DNA from: Azolla caroliniana | Taxonomy: Eukaryota; Plantae; Polypodiophyta | Direction: 5' to 3' | DNA length: 64,000 nucleotides | Assembly: GCA_043228905.1 (NCBI GenBank) | Contig: JBHGNT010000002.1 | Coordinates: 6,138,001 to 6,202,000, forward strand | In this document: positions 10,781 through 22,882 of the stretch, piece by piece | Layout: every line of letters begins with the position of its first letter | Numbering within the stretch: position 1 is the first letter of the stretch | Made by a program: the position numbers and the translations under genes | The notes under the pieces: generated by a model | The model's database searches: none | Told to the model about the DNA's origin: nothing | The model's input: only the letters and a program-made list of their open reading frames with translations

Positions 10781-13700
10781 TGTCGAATACATGTGTATAA
10801 TGGACGTATTCACACTATCCCGTTTTGGCCATTTATGTAATTAGCATAAAGGGTAGTTGCCCTAAGTCGGTCACTATATATAGTGACCTTGTAACCTTTT
10901 TGTAAGGTTGGGTGTTGTATTATTGCTTTATGGAATAAGAAAGTCTTTTGTGCCTCTCTGTCTCTCTCTCTCTCTCTCTCTTTGTGCAACGACCTACAAA
11001 CTGTCATACGTAGGTATTCAGAACACAATCAAATGCTACTTGATCTTCCGCACAGACGACTTTGTCTCCAACATCTGGTATCAGAGCCTGCACAGTATTC
11101 GGTCCTTCAATCTGCTGTCGGCCGTCGTCTCAGCCTGCACAGCATTCGGTTTCCTGCGTCATTCGAAGAAGAGAGAAGAAGAAAAAACGAGGCTTGCATC
11201 TCTTCGCGTTAGATCCTCTTCGCTTGGAGTAAGCCAGCCGGTTGTACTCCGTTCCTTGTGATCGCAATGCTCGAGGTGAAATCCCCTTGTGCAACATTGA
11301 CACGATCGCGCTCCACTCGGTTAAACGGCATCCGAAAAGGTCATTAAACGCTGCTCGCCGCTCGTTGTAACCACTCGGTGCAGATCGGTCTCAAGACAAC
11401 AACCCCAATTCGCGCTTCATCCGGCTGATCGACATTCGGGAGGATCAGTTGGATCTGTCTCTCTCGTCGCTGCAGCCACCCGAAGCAGAATCGGTCCAGA
11501 TAATCGGTTTCAATAATCGGTATTCGGCATATATATCCGAAGCGAACCGGGCTCACTCCGACTCGGCAACATTCGGGAAGACCAGTCGGTTCTGTCCCTC
11601 AAGTTACCGGAGTCAATTCGAGCAAGTTCCGAAGCCGAACCGACTCGGGTTCAAATCCGACTAGAACGATATCGGGTGAGCCAACTGGCTGCACTCCAAC
11701 AAGGTTCGTAGTCAACTCCGAACCGAGCTTCGTCAACCAAAACCGAACTTGATGGCATCAACATCCGGCTCGTCAGAAATGAGTCTACGAAAGTTCGATG
11801 GATCGAACTTCAACTTCTGGAAGGAACAAATGCAGGACTATCTCATAGTCAAGGGGCAAATCGATCCCATCGAAAATGAAGAACCTCCAGAAGGATACAA
11901 ACCAATTGAGTGGCAGAAGCTGGACAGAATTGTCCGCGCCACCATTCGGATGCACCTATCGGAATCGGTATACTTTACGGTGCAATCGTGTACGACAGCA
12001 TTCGAACTGTGGAAAACACTGTCGGACACTTACGAAAAGAAGGTCGCCGCAACGAAGATGTTTCTGATCCGGCGCCTCTACAACTTGCGGATGAAAGAAT
12101 CCGATTCGGTTCAAGCACACCTCAATGAGTACGAAAGCATAAGCTCCCAAATCTCGTCACAGGGGACGGCAATCGAGGATGAACTCAGAGCAATGATACT
12201 CATGAGCAGCCTTCCCTCATCATGGGAAACTTTCGTCACAACCGTGTGCAACGCGTCAACCACGGCTGTTAAATACTCCGAAGTCACGAGCGCAATCCTG
12301 ACCGAAGCAGCTCGGAGAAAGTCTTTCGCCAAAGACTCAACAGACGACGCTTACGTAGTACAAGGTTCGACAGACCGATCGAACATACGAGGAAGAGATT
12401 CCTCACGGCCGCCGAACAATCAGCGAAGACGGAGCCAGTCACGGGATAACCGAATCTGCAACTATTGCAAGAAACCCGGACACATCAAAGCCGACTGCCA
12501 CGCACTCAAGAACAAGAACAAGAAGAAGAGTGGCCGGCATGAGGAGATCAATTACGTCAGCTTCTCAGCTGATGTACTACCGGACGACCCGAATATACTA
12601 TCAATCGAAAATCCAGTCGGATCAGAAGTTCTACTCACGACTGAAGAATCGAGCACATGGCTCTTAGATTCGGGCGCGTCATTTCACGTGACTCCTCATC
12701 GATCCCAATTTCGGCAATATACGATCCGTCACTCCGACTCAGTTCGAGTCGGCAACTCACAACACTGTGACATCATCGGAATCGGCACAGTAGAGCTCAA
12801 CCTTGCAGGTGGCTCTACACTTGTACTCCACAATGTCCGACATGTACCCGAGCTCTCAAGGCCATTGATCTCAGTCGGACAACTAGATGAAGACAGCATT
12901 CGTGCCGGTTTTTCCTCGGGAGGGTGGACACTCCACAGGGGGAACCTCCTGCTTGCTAGAGGACCCAAGATACACTCCCTGTATCCGTTACATGTTACGC
13001 TCAGAGAGGGTAACCTGTTTTTGGTGGATATTCCTGTGTCATCACTATGGCACCGAAGATTAGGACACCTCAGCAAGGCCGGCATCACGCACCTATCTAG
13101 AGCCGGATACATCCCCAAACTCTCCTTCTCGGACCATCAATTCTGCGAGCATTGCCAGTATGGCAAACAAGCAGCCGCATCACACCCGACATCAGCACCA
13201 AGAGAAACGAGACCTCTTGATTTGGTCCACTCGGACGTCTGTGGCCGAATGCCGCATCAGTCTCTCGGCGGTGCCTCTTACTTCGTCACTTTTATTGACG
13301 ATTCGACTCGAAAGGTGTGGGCTTATCCAATTCGCACCAAAGATCGGGTCTTCTCGATCTTCACCGATTGGCTCGCTATGGTAGAAAATCAAACCGACCG
13401 AAAGCTGAAATGCTTTCGGACAGACAATGGGGGAGAGTTTAAATCCGAAGAATTCGTCAAATTCTGCCGACAACGCGGCATCCGACGTGAATTTACGGCA
13501 CCACACAGTCCGGAGCAAAACGGGATTGCCGAACACATGAATCGGACAATCCAAGAACGGACAGTTTCCATGCTCCAACACTCCGGACTGTCGGATGGCT
13601 TCTGGGCAGAGGCTCTACTCACGGCAGTACACATAATCAATATGTCGCCAAGTAGACCTCTAGGACTTCAAATTCCTCAGGAACTATGGATCGGCAGTAA

Positions 13701-16253
13701 GCCGAATTACGACAAGCTGAGGATCTTCGGATGCGAGGCGTACGCCCTTATTCCGAAAGATGATCGCCGAAAACTTGCACCTCGGTCCAGGAAATGCATT
13801 TTCCTTGGATATGGATCCGACGGCGAAATGGGATACTGACTCTGGGACCCCGAACGCAGAAAAATCGTTCGAAGTTCGGACGTTGTGTTCAACGAGTCGG
13901 CTATGAATCCATCAGTCGAAAAACCGATCGAAGTCCGAAGGGTAACATTTTCCGATGTGCCGACCCTTCAAGAAGGCCCCGCTCTCAACACACGGTCAGC
14001 TTCACGGGTAGCTGAACCTTACACTACCGACTCGGACAACCCCGACTCGGCACAACAGAACAATCCGCTTTCGGACCATCCGACCTTGATACCCGATGCG
14101 ACCAGTCCAATCTTACCTCGCCGATCCGAGAGACTGTCGCAACCTCCGGAGAGGTATTCTCCTGGAATTTTCTTCACCGACGCCGGCGAACCGACGTCTT
14201 ACGAAGAAGCATCGACATCTGTCGATTCCGCCACCTGGCATCTGGCGATGGAGTCAGAAATGCACTCCATTCGGGCAAACAAGACTTGGGATCTGGTTGA
14301 ATTACCTAGGAACCGACGTGCTCTTCCTTGCAAGTGGGTTTATCGACTAAAAGAGACGTCTGATTCGACCACCCCAAAGTACAAGGCCAGATTAGTTGCG
14401 AAGGGCTTCCGACAAGAATATGGCGTCGACTTCGACGAGATTTTTTCACCAGTGGTGAAAATGACAACCCTCCGTTTTCTACTCGGCGTAGTGGCAGCCG
14501 ACAACTTGGAGCTGATTCAGCTAGATGTCAAAACAGCATTCCTCCATGGTGATCTTGAAGAGGAAATTTATATGGAGCAGCCAAAAGGCTTCGTGGCAAC
14601 TGGCCAAGCACATCTAGTCTGCCGACTCAGGAAGAGTCTATACGGCCTCAAACAGGCACCGCGACAATGGTACAAGAAGTTCGACGACTTCATCCAATCG
14701 ATCGGCTTCTCAAAAAGCGATGAGGACCATTGTCTCTTTACCAACACAGCTCAAGATGGATCACCCATCTTCCTCATCATTTACGTGGACGACATGCTAA
14801 TTTCTGGACGCCATGCGGGCGAACTTGCCGATCTCATTCGGCAACTGTGGTTGAAGTTTGCCATGAAGGACCTCGGTCCGGCACGACACATCCTTGGCAT
14901 GAAGATTAGTCGGCATCGCGATAAACGACATCTTTTTTTGTCTCAGACCGACTATACCCGACGTGTCTTAGAACGCTTCAACATGCAATCAGCCAAATCT
15001 GCTTCAACCCCGCTCCCCATGAATCTTCGGCTCTCTCAGCGAGACTGCCCGACATCCGGTCCGGAGGGGGAAGATATGAAGTCGGTACCGTATGCACCGG
15101 CAGTCGGCTCCCTTATGTACCTGATGGTCGCGACACGGCCTGATATTTCTCACGCCGAGGAGTCGTTAGCAGATTTATGCACAATCCTGGCCGATCGCAT
15201 TGGAACGCAGTCAAGCATGTGTTCAGATATCTGGCTGGCACAAAAGACCACGGCATTCTTTTCGGTCCGAACCGAACCTCAGGCGTAGTCGGTTACACCG
15301 ACTCGGACTTCGCCGGCTGTATAGACAGTCGGAAATCAACAACCGGATACTGCTTCAAATTCGGCAATGGAGCAATCTCGTGGAAGTCGAAACTTCAGGA
15401 GTGCACAGCGACCTCAACGACCGAAGCAGAATATGTAGCTGCGTCCGACGCAGCAAAAGAAGCTTTGTGGCTCGGTCGGCTGGCGCACACGTTTCGACAA
15501 GTCGACCATGACTCGGCTCCAGTTGTCTACAGCGACAGTCAAGGTGCTGTTGCCTTGTCGAAAAATCCGGTTTACCACAACGCCTCCAAACATATCGACG
15601 TTCGATATCACTTCGTTCGGGACTGCGTCATTTCAGGGAAAATCGGTCTAGAGAAAATATCCACAACCGACAATGTCGCAGATGGAATGACCAAGTGTCT
15701 TTCGGCAGACCGTTTTCGGTCTCTTCGGCATCAGATGGGCGTAACGACAAACCAGTCCGGTTAGAGCCGGACACAGAGCAGGATGGTTCCCGACAACCGA
15801 CATCAGTTCCTTAATGATCGGCTTCAACTGTTCCGACCCGACCAGTTCGGTCTTCTGCCTTCGGACCCTGCCGACTCGAACAAAGCTGATATGTCCGAGA
15901 ACCTAAGTCTATACCTGTAATCTTAGATAACCCATGTATACGCCCATTACGGGGGAGTGTCGAATACATGTGTATAATGGACGTATTCACACTATCCCGT
16001 TTTGGCCATTTATGTAATTAGCATAAAGGGTAGTTGCCCTAAGTCGGTCACTATATATAGTGACCTTGTAACCTTTTTGTAAGGTTGGGTGTTGTATTAT
16101 TGCTTTATGGAATAAGAAAGTCTTTTGTGCCTCTCTGTCTCTCTGTCTCTCTCTCTCTCTGTGCAACGACCTACAAACTGTCATACGTAGGTATTCAGAA
16201 CACAATCAAATGCTACTTGATCTTCCGCACAGACGACTTTGTCTCCAACATCT
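10781..16253 (+). mobile_element. Full-length Ty1/Copia element B
   Basis: 293-bp LTRs 10781-11073 and 15958-16250; PBS 11076-11087; PPT GGGGGAG before 15958; TSD GGCAT at 10776-10780 and 16254-16258, with 3 extra nt TCT at the right end. Confidence 0.95.
11752..15764 (+). pseudogene. Copia B gag-pol (one premature TGA at 13837, one frameshift near 15155)
   Basis: CNYCKKPGHIKADC, WLLDSGAS, LVHSDVCG, YVDD and ADGMTK motifs in ORFs 11749-13839, 13885-15288 and 15177-15764. Confidence 0.93.
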
Positions 16254-16529
16254 GGCATCTCCATGGATCCAGCTAAGGTCAAAACGGTGGTAAAGTGACA
16301 GACTCCACGTTCATTGCGAGATGTGTAATGCTTTTTAGGCTTTGCCAATTTTTACCGCAAGTTCATACAAGATTACTCAAAGCTTGTTCTGCCTCTCACA
16401 TAGCTTACCAGGAAGGGACAATTGTTCATTTGGTCTGAAGAAGCGGACATGGCTTTTGAGAGTCTTAAGAAGGCATTTACATCAGCTCCTATTTTAGCTC
16501 ATGTTGATCTGGAAAAACCATTCATCATT
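16254..16529 (+). pseudogene. Chromovirus RT/RNase H linker segment between B and C
   Basis: ISMDPAKVKTV...FLGFANFYRKFIQDYSK...APILAHVDLEKPFII; continues as EADASDF at 37289. Confidence 0.88.
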
Positions 16530-17061
16530 TGTTGACAGACAAGCTCAACATTGGGTGCGTAAACGAGTACGTAAACCAGTACGTAGACTGGGTACGTAAA
16601 ACCGTACGCAAAATATGGTCGTGGCGATATTTAAACCGAAAGGCCGTTAGAACGTTATTCCTCATAAGGAATAGTTTCGGGAGTTAGTGTAGAAGTCTCA
16701 TTTATGAGCAATCAAGTATTGTCAGTACTTGTGTCAGCCTGATAGTCAAGGCTTGTATAAAAGGTGTTCACTGAGCACGAAATATGTACAGAGAACATAT
16801 AAAGAATTATTTTGATTGTAGTTTGTAGTTTTTGCTCTCTCTCTATCTCTCTCTCTCTCTCTCTTTCTTTGTGATTTCTGAGTTTCACCAAATTGTCATA
16901 CCACTGAACCGTGTACTCTGTGTTCTTACGCATACGCTTCCACATACATATTCTTTTTCATGGTATCAAAGCGCGAGGGTTGAGACTCCTCTACGGCCGA
17001 CAGAAAAGCTTGCAACAAGACAGAGTTAAGTTATTGTTTTTCGGAAACGGTAAGGCATCAA

Positions 17062-19102
17062 TATGGATAGAGGAATGGGAAGCTCACTATCGACTGAGAA
17101 GCTTGACAGGAGCAACTACGCATCTTGGTCGTACAAGATGCACCAGTACCTGTTTGGTCATGGCTACTAGAGTTATGTCAAAGGAGCTAACGATACAACA
17201 CCCGAATCGACACACAGAGACTATTAAGCTTGGAAACAAGCGGCAAGCATAAGTTCTTTACGGCTTCGCGTCCTATGTGAGCGACCAACTCTTGAGCTAT
17301 ATTCGGGATGCTAAGACGCCAAATGACGCATGGGTGAACCTCAAGAGGATTTTCGCCACTAGCACAATGACCAGGAAGTTGCAACTCAGGCAAGAGCTCA
17401 GCAATGTCCGACAGAAAGATCTGTTTGTGGTCGATTACACAGCCCGAAATAAGGAGATCTGCGACTCTCTCACGCCTTCGTTCTTCGAGCTTCAGTCAAT
17501 GTTGCTCGTAGAGGAAAACCATGTGGGTGCGTCGACGAGTACGCACACCGACAACAAGATGTTGTACACAGAGGAACATAGGCCCCATGGTTGTGGCGGA
17601 CAAGGCGGATCAACGCGCAATGGAGGTGGCCGAAAAGAGCAGAACGTGCGGCATAATTGAAATGCCGAAAGCAATTCCGAACTCTCCGGAAGCAGGGGGA
17701 TTCATAGCAGTGCCAGAAGCCGACAAGAGAAGGCCGTAATGGAATGCTCGTACTGTGGCAAGAAAGGCCACAGGGAGAGCGAGTGCTGGAAGAAGAGAGT
17801 CGATTCGGACAAAGCCGAATCGAGCGGAAGGGACATAGGAAGGCGTCTGAAATCGCACTACGTTGAAGGCTTTGAACAAGCCGTAAATGGATCGGGCCTA
17901 ACCTTCGTAATGAAGAACAAGGCCAATTCAATGGTCGTGAACACCTCGAAATCGAGCAAGGTGTGGTATGTTGATTCCGGAGAGTCAAATCATATGACGA
18001 GTCATGAGGAATGGTTCTCGTACTTGGAGAAACCGGAAAAACAAGGAGTGGTCAAAACAGGAAACGACAGTCCGCATACCATCGAACATGTTGGAGAAGT
18101 TCCTCTCAACCACATCGGGTAGAAAGGGAAACTTATGAACGTGTTGCACGTCCCGATAATAACCAAGAACTTGGTGTCGGTCGGACAGATCATCAACCAG
18201 GGGTTGCAAGTTCGATTCACGCACCTCGGGTGCTACATCGAAGAGGAAGGACATGCTATCGCGCAAGGGCGCCGTGAAGGGAGGATGTTCATCCTCGACA
18301 CCAATCAAGCCGGAACCGCGTTGTTCGCGAAAGGACAGAAGGTCGAGTCAGACATCGACCTGTGGCACAAGCGGTTCAGCCACGTTAAGTTCCCACAACT
18401 TTGTGAAATGCCGACGAAGAACATTGTTTTCGGCTTGCCGAAATGTTCGGGCCAGAATGGCCAAGTCTGCGAAGCCTGTTGGGAAATAGCACCGACATCC
18501 ATTCACCAATGAGCGTAATCGTAGTCCAAATCCATTGGATTTGATCCATTCGGATGTGTGGGAACCAGCACAAAACATGAGTCTTGGTGGAAACCGTTGC
18601 TTCGTAACCTTCATCGATGACTTCACTCGGCATACGTGGGCATGCTTGATCACGAAAAAGAGTGAAGTCTTCGCGTGGTTCCTGAAGGTGAAGAACCTTG
18701 AGGAAAGGGAAATAGGGCGTAAGATCAAGTGCCTATGGTCCGATGGTGGGAAGGAGTACTTCTCCAACAAGTTCACAAGTTATCTACAGAAGGAGGAAAT
18801 TCAACGCGAATTCTCATGTAGATATATGCCGGAGCAGAACGGCGTAGCCGAATGGAAGAATCGAACAATGGAAGAAGCCACCAAGGCAATGCTTGAAGAG
18901 AAGCATATGCTGAAGTTTTATTGGGCTGAAGCCGTAAGGATGGTTGTTTACTTACAAAATCGGACCTCTACTAATGGAGGAGTGTTGCCACATGAGTTGT
19001 ATTACGGCAAGAAGTCGAACTTGGCACACTTGAGGATTTTCGGCAACATTACATATGTGCATGTGCCGAAGGAGAAGAGGAGGAAGCCGGATGCCAAAGC
19101 CG
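17062..19102 (+). pseudogene. Copia C gag-PR-integrase, disrupted and truncated
   Basis: CSYCGKKGHRESEC, WYVDSGESNHMT, LIHSDVW and YVHVPKEKRRKPDAKA motifs; same family as G. Confidence 0.9.
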
Positions 19103-19363
19103 GATGTGAATATATATGGGGCACACCGAGTTGGGAAACATGGTGTTACTCGCTCCGGAGAAAGGCCCATTATATGCACAATGACAGATGATACAAAGCG
19201 GCGGATCATACTCGAAAATAGTTGGGTATACCTCAAAGGTACGCAATGCTTTGTGAGTGAAGATCGTACTATCTCACAACAAAATGCCCGTCGTAAAGCA
19301 TATGAAGAAAGATTGAAAAATAAGGTTAAGGATATGCTTAAAGATGGAAATGTAGGCAAATAG
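19102..19363 (+). CDS. LINE ORF1 C-terminal fragment (L1-ORF1/Transposase_22-like RRM-CTD)
   Basis: AHRVG...RPIICTM...KRRIILEN...LKGTQCFVSEDRT pattern; ends at TAG 19361-19363. Confidence 0.75.
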
Positions 19364-22300
19364 GGACACGTGACCTATGAGACTAAACCACATCTTTCAC
19401 GACTATGTTTTTGGAATTGCAATGGATACCCATGGAATGCAGGATTCAGCATAGAGGAGTTTATTGATGACTCGGATATCACACTTCTTGTTGAAACATG
19501 GGAGCATGATACTCAAAGGATTCAAGGTTTAGGAAACTATAATGTACACTCTTTGATATGGGAGAACAATCCAAGACAAAGAAGAGCACAAGGAGGGGTG
19601 GCATGTTTGATTAAGAAGGAAATAGAGAAATATGTGTCAATCATAAAAAATGATGGACATAAATGCTACATATGGCTTAAAATAGAAACACCTAATGATT
19701 TGCCCACTTTTGTCGTTGGATGTTACATTCCTCATCAAGATTCTAACTTCTATGCTTGTTTGGATAAAGATCAACCTTTTGCAAATCTAGAAGATGATAT
19801 TGCTTATTTCAAATCCAAAGGGGAAGTTTTTTTCTTTGGTGACATGAATGCTCATACAAGTAGTTTCCAACTTGATTCACAAGAATCTTTCATGCCACAT
19901 ATCTCAAGGATGCAAGAGGATATGCAAATGTATAGTCAATCTTCTAGTGATGAAAAAGATCCGGACCAATTTGGGAAATTACTCCTACAAATGTCCAATA
20001 GTACCGGATTGCTTATTGCAAATGGTGTTTCCTTATGGCCCAATACTAACGGCTTTACATGTAGAAAACATAATGGAAATAGTGTGATTGACTATGTGCT
20101 ACTTTTTGAAGGTATTTTGGATCATATACATAAATTCTCACTGGGGGAATGGACACCAGAATCCGATTATAGGAATTTATGTATTGATCTCAAATGTATG
20201 CATAGGTATGATTGCGAGAAGTTCATTGAAGATAGTAAACAAACACACATGAGCATGTATCTTAAGAGAGCGCCCATGTATTCCAAGATGGTTGACAATA
20301 TGTTACAAATGACAAAGACACAACATGGTGCCACACTAGAATGCAAATGGGAAGCTTTTAAGAATGTCATTCTCTCTTGTACAAACAAATGTTTTTCGAC
20401 CAACCGCACATCATGGAAATGCACCAAGAAATGTAAGAAAAAATGGTTTGATAAAGAATGTCATGAAGCTTGGAAGTGCCTTATGGTTTTGGATGTAGTT
20501 AAGGATAAAGAAAATTACCAAAAGCATTTGCATGACTATAAAAGGCTTATTCAAAGAAAGAGACGAATATGGGAAGTTACTCAACAACTTCTCCAAATGC
20601 AAGAGAAAGCACATGCATGTGCTAAATTTTGGGGAAATCTAAAGGGGAAACATGTTGAGAGTTATGGTGACTTAACTCTTCATGACTTGTCTATGCATTG
20701 TAAGAATTTATATGAGTTATCTCTTGCCGGAAAGATGATGTGTTATGGTTCTCTTTCACATATGTCTCCCTTCTTTACAATTGAAGATATATGCATAGGA
20801 CTTAAGAAATTGGCCTCTCGAAAGGCAAGCGATCTTCAATGTATAAAAGTTGAAATGCTCAAATGGACGGGAAAGGAAGCACATATATGGATATGTGATA
20901 TGTTTAATGATGCATTGCAACATAGTATGCCATATGATTTGACTACAAATTGGATCAAACCTTTACATAAAGGCAGAGATGTAAATAATGTAAACAACGA
21001 TCGAACCATCATGGTTGGCTCATTAATGGCAAAACTATTTGGATGTATAATGGAATCAAAGATAAGTGTATGGGTAGAAAAAAATGGTAAGAGAGCTTAT
21101 GGACAAGCTGGTTTTCGAAAACACCATAGCACCATTGTTCATCTTGTCACTCTTCGTTTATTAATGGAGGAAAGTCGCCTTAGAGGAAAAGGTTTATATT
21201 GTTGCTTTGTAGAGTTCAAGAAAGCTATTGATATGGTAACTCGTGAGCATCTTTGGAGGCGAATGGAAGAACTTGAGGTGCCAAACAAATATATGCTTGC
21301 AATTTCCCGAATATATGAGAAGGTTATATGTTGTGTGCGTATGAGAGATCAACTTTCAGATTTTTTCAATAGCACTATTGGTGTTAAGCAAGGATGCCCA
21401 GTCTCACCAACATTATTTGCTCTATGCATTGATGAATTAGAAGAAATGGTTACCAAGTTTGTAAAGGAAGAATGTGTTGAAGAAGTTGCCATTGGGAATG
21501 TTGTGATTATGCTTTTGTTATATGCGGATGATATAGTGCTTTTTGCAAATACTTCAGGAGATGCACAAAAGCTTATGAAGGCATTGGAAAAAATTTGCAT
21601 GCATACTAGATTAAGTGTCAATAGCTCTAAAACAAAGATTATGCTTGTGAAGAGTCAAAAAAGAGATAAACCATGCATTATGTACAACAATGAGCCCCTT
21701 GAATGTGTGGAAAGCTTCAAATATCTTGGCCTTCAAGTTCATTCAAATCATAAATGGAATGAATGTGCTACATGCCGCTTAGAGGCGGGTAAGCGAGCAT
21801 ATTATGCATTTGAGAACACATGCAATCTTGGAGATATTAAGTGTTGGGTCCTCAAGAAATATCTTTTTGACACTTTGGTGACCCCAATTCTTCTTTATGG
21901 GGTGGAAGTATGGGACAGTAGCATCCCTAAATCTACATGGAAAGAGTTTGAAAATGTCCAAAAACATTTTCTTACAAAGTTTCTACAAGTTAAGAAACAA
22001 ACGCCCTACACCCTCCTCCTCCTCGAGACGGGATCGCTTCCCATTGAGATCATGGCCATGGAAAGGGTTGTTGAATACATGTTTAAGGTTCAAAAAAACC
22101 CCTCACATCGACTTCCTAGAATGGCATGGGAAGCCAACAAAAAGATCCAAAAGACGCATAAAAGCAAATTTTTGTGTTCCGGTTGGATGCAAGATTTAGA
22201 AAAATGGTTTGGTAGATGGGATGCAAGACACTTGCTTCATGATGCGTCACTAGATTCCTCTATAAATGAGGCCTTTTTGCAATGTCAATGTATCATGACA

Positions 22301-22663
22301 TGGGAGAAATGTGGTGGCTCACGCTTCACACATTATACTACAAATGTTGCACCTAACTACAAAACTATATTCTTCGCGGAACGGGGAAGACCTACACATC
22401 GATACATATTAGAGCCCATCCCGATATCTGCCATTCGAACCATTGCTTCCATGAGACTTAGCTCGCACGCATTGAGATGTGAGATGGGGTATTGGGGCAC
22501 AAGTGATGAGAGTGGCCAACTATGCACACTTTGCCCTAAACAAGTTCGAGAGTCTGAGTATCACACTTTGATACAATGCTCTGCCTTTGATCATATTCTA
22601 CCATGCTTTCCACATCTCTTCGATCGAGCCCAATCCTTGCACGAATTTCTCTCACAACCATGA
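19364..22663 (+). CDS. LINE ORF2: AP endonuclease, reverse transcriptase and C-terminal Cys/His motif
   Basis: 1097-aa open frame: CFWNCNG, LVETW, GDMNAH, SVIDY, QAGFR, GVKQGCPVSPTLF, LLYADD, FKYLG, CTLC...HTLIQC. Some conserved residues are mutated (SDY, FVEFKKAID). Confidence 0.93.
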   Translation, partial: GHVTYETKPHLSRLCFWNCNGYPWNAGFSIEEFIDDSDITLLVETWEHDTQRIQGLGNYNVHSLIWENNPRQRRAQGGVACLIKKEIEKYVSIIKNDGHKCYIWLKIETPNDLPTFVVGCYIPHQDSNFYACLDKDQPFANLEDDIAYFKSKGEVFFFGDMNAHTSSFQLDSQESFMPHISRMQEDMQMYSQSSSDEKDPDQFGKLLLQMSNSTGLLIANGVSLWPNTNGFTCRKHNGNSVIDYVLLFEGILDHIHKFSLGEWTPESDYRNLCIDLKCMHRYDCEKFIEDSKQTHMSMYLKRAPMYSKMVDNMLQMTKTQHGATLECKWEAFKNVILSCTNKCFSTNRTSWKCTKKCKKKWFDKECHEAWKCLMVLDVVKDKENYQKHLHDYKRLIQRKRRIWEVTQQLLQMQEKAHACAKFWGNLKGKHVESYGDLTLHDLSMHCKNLYELSLAGKMMCYGSLSHMSPFFTIEDICIGLKKLASRKASDLQCIKVEMLKWTGKEAHIWICDMFNDALQHSMPYDLTTNWIKPLHKGRDVNNVNNDRTIMVGSLMAKLFGCIMESKISVWVEKNGKRAYGQAGFRKHHSTIVHLVTLRLLMEESRLRGKGLYCCFVEFKKAIDMVTREHLWRRMEELEVPNKYMLAISRIYEKVICCVRMRDQLSDFFNSTIGVKQGCPVSPTLFALCIDELEEMVTKFVKEECVEEVAIGNVVIMLLLYADDIVLFANTSGDAQKLMKALEKICMHTRLSVNSSKTKIMLVKSQKRDKPCIMYNNEPLECVESFKYLGLQVHSNHKWNECATCRLEAGKRAYYAFENTCNLGDIKCWVLKKYLFDTLVTPILLYGVEVWDSSIPKSTWKEFENVQKHFLTKFLQVKKQTPYTLLLLETGSLPIEIMAMERVVEYMFKVQKNPSHRLPRMAWEANKKIQKTHKSKFLCSGWMQDLEKWFGRWDARHLLHDASLDSSINEAFLQCQCIMTWEKCGGSRFTHYTTNVAPNYKTIFFAERGRPTHRYILEPIPISAIRTIASMRLSSHALRCEMGYWGTSDESGQLCTLCPKQVRESEYHTLIQCSAFDHILPCFPHLFDRAQSLHEFLSQP

Positions 22664-22802
22664 TGTGCACTCTTGATTGCAACATTCATTGGTAAAGTTC
22701 TTGAACATCGAGAGTCGCTACTCACCGTCACACGTATCACGTGAAATGTAATATTTTTGGTCTCATAGGTCATATTTGACCTCAGAAGATGATAATATAA
22801 TG

Positions 22803-22808
22803 TATCTC

Positions 22809-22862
<54 letters not shown>

Positions 22863-22882
22863 TCTCTCTCCCTCTCTCTCTC
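22803..22882. repeat. (TATCTC)n/(CT)n microsatellite shared by the LINE tail and the Copia C 3' LTR
   Basis: Seen directly; the equivalent (CT)n tract is in the C 5' LTR at ~16835-16865. Confidence 0.9.

Larger units (their letters stand above)
19102..22880 (+). mobile_element. 5'-truncated non-LTR retrotransposon (LINE; RTE-X/L2-like) ending in a (TATCTC)n/(CT)n tail
   Basis: ORF1 C-terminus, long APE-RT ORF2, short 3' UTR and microsatellite tail; AT-rich relative to flanks; no TSD found. Clade assignment is by motif impression only. Confidence 0.92.

Noticed and set aside
10251-10844. 197-aa ORF and similar junction ORFs (18535-19191 tail, 37139-37657, 54187-54510, 59810-60265)
   Set aside because: They are chimeric frames crossing insertion boundaries, not genes.
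19370-22773. The 18-nt inverted repeat as TIRs of a DNA transposon carrying ORF2
   Set aside because: No TSD; LINE ORF1 continues upstream in frame and the 3' UTR and tail continue downstream, so the repeat is internal to the LINE.
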